Below are positions 63,411 to 64,000 of a stretch of 64,000 nucleotides of DNA, one piece after another; within the stretch, counting starts at the first letter, position 1; each line of letters starts with the position of its first letter. This DNA comes from Squalus acanthias (lineage: Eukaryota): positions 124,001-188,000 of the forward strand of contig JASTWF010000244.1 of assembly GCA_030390025.1 (NCBI GenBank). The letters are read 5' to 3'. The translations under genes were made by a program, and so were the position numbers. Below the pieces are notes generated by a model. It saw only the letters and a list, made by a program, of their open reading frames with translations. It ran no database searches and was not told where the DNA came from.

Positions 63411-63852
63411 TACCCCATTCATATTTTATAATTGCTTCTCTTCACATTCCAAGTCAGGACTCGGTACTAGTGAGATACAGTTGCACATATGCACAAAGCG
63501 CAGTGCTAAATATCCTTGCATCTGCAATCACAATTTAAAATTTCTTGCCTCAGCCCTTCCCTGTATCGGCCAGCAATGTTAAAAGTGCATTTCTGGATTC
63601 AGACCTCAGCACTTTCAGCGCCATCATAACTGGTGACCGATGGGTACCACCTAACGAGGCTATTTGCATTTGCTGTCATCCTATGGAAGTGCCTATTATA
63701 GAAAGCGCTGGCTGTCGGGCACCATGATAACAATGTATCATAAATCCACATTTATTTTAACATTAGTAATCATTCTTTTCTAAAACAATTTGTCCTACTT
63801 TTTGTTAGGAAATTGATTTGTATACTGATAATTTTGGTCTTAATTATTGCAG

Positions 63853-64000
63853 AGGAAGGTGACCTAATTGTGTCGATGAATTCAAGAACCGTGAAAGCCA
63901 TTGTAAATGCAGATGTTGTTCTTGAATGCCAAGTGTCTGGTTACACGACTAAAGAAATTGATCTTAAAAACGTGGGAGTTCAGTGGTTCTTCCAAAAATT
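63853..64000 (+). CDS. NCR3LG1: Exon 2 (IgV domain, partial) of NCR3LG1/B7-H6-like gene
   Basis: Acceptor TTGCAG at 63852; EEGDLIVSMNSRTVKAIVNADVVLECQVSGYTTKEIDLKNVGVQWFFQK resembles the B7-H6 V-domain start (EGDL.V.M...N..V...C...G..WF). Confidence 0.8.

Overview
Eukaryotic, repeat-dense vertebrate DNA. The V-SINE (HE1-type), Deu-domain SINEs, CR1 LINEs and Penelope fragments point to a cartilaginous fish (inference). Two host genes sit on the + strand. (1) The 3' part of a multi-exon Ig C1-set gene (exons ~3305-3617, 4077-5285, 12697-~12863, 17798-18102). It is disrupted by a CR1 in one exon, a Harbinger MITE in the next and truncation of a third, so it is probably a pseudogene. (2) The 5' end of an NCR3LG1/B7-H6-like gene, with a CpG-island promoter carrying a perfect ISRE, a leader exon at 47198-47273 and an IgV exon from 63853. 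The rest is nested mobile DNA: a young, GC-rich, full-length CsRn1-clade Gypsy element; a degraded endogenous retrovirus with lokiretrovirus-like features; several PIF/Harbinger elements and their MITEs; CR1 and L2 LINEs; a LINE with a tRNA/SINE-derived 5' end; and Penelope-derived inserts carrying hammerhead ribozyme cores. No prokaryotic features or CRISPR arrays. Coordinates were read by eye; boundaries marked ~ are approximate.
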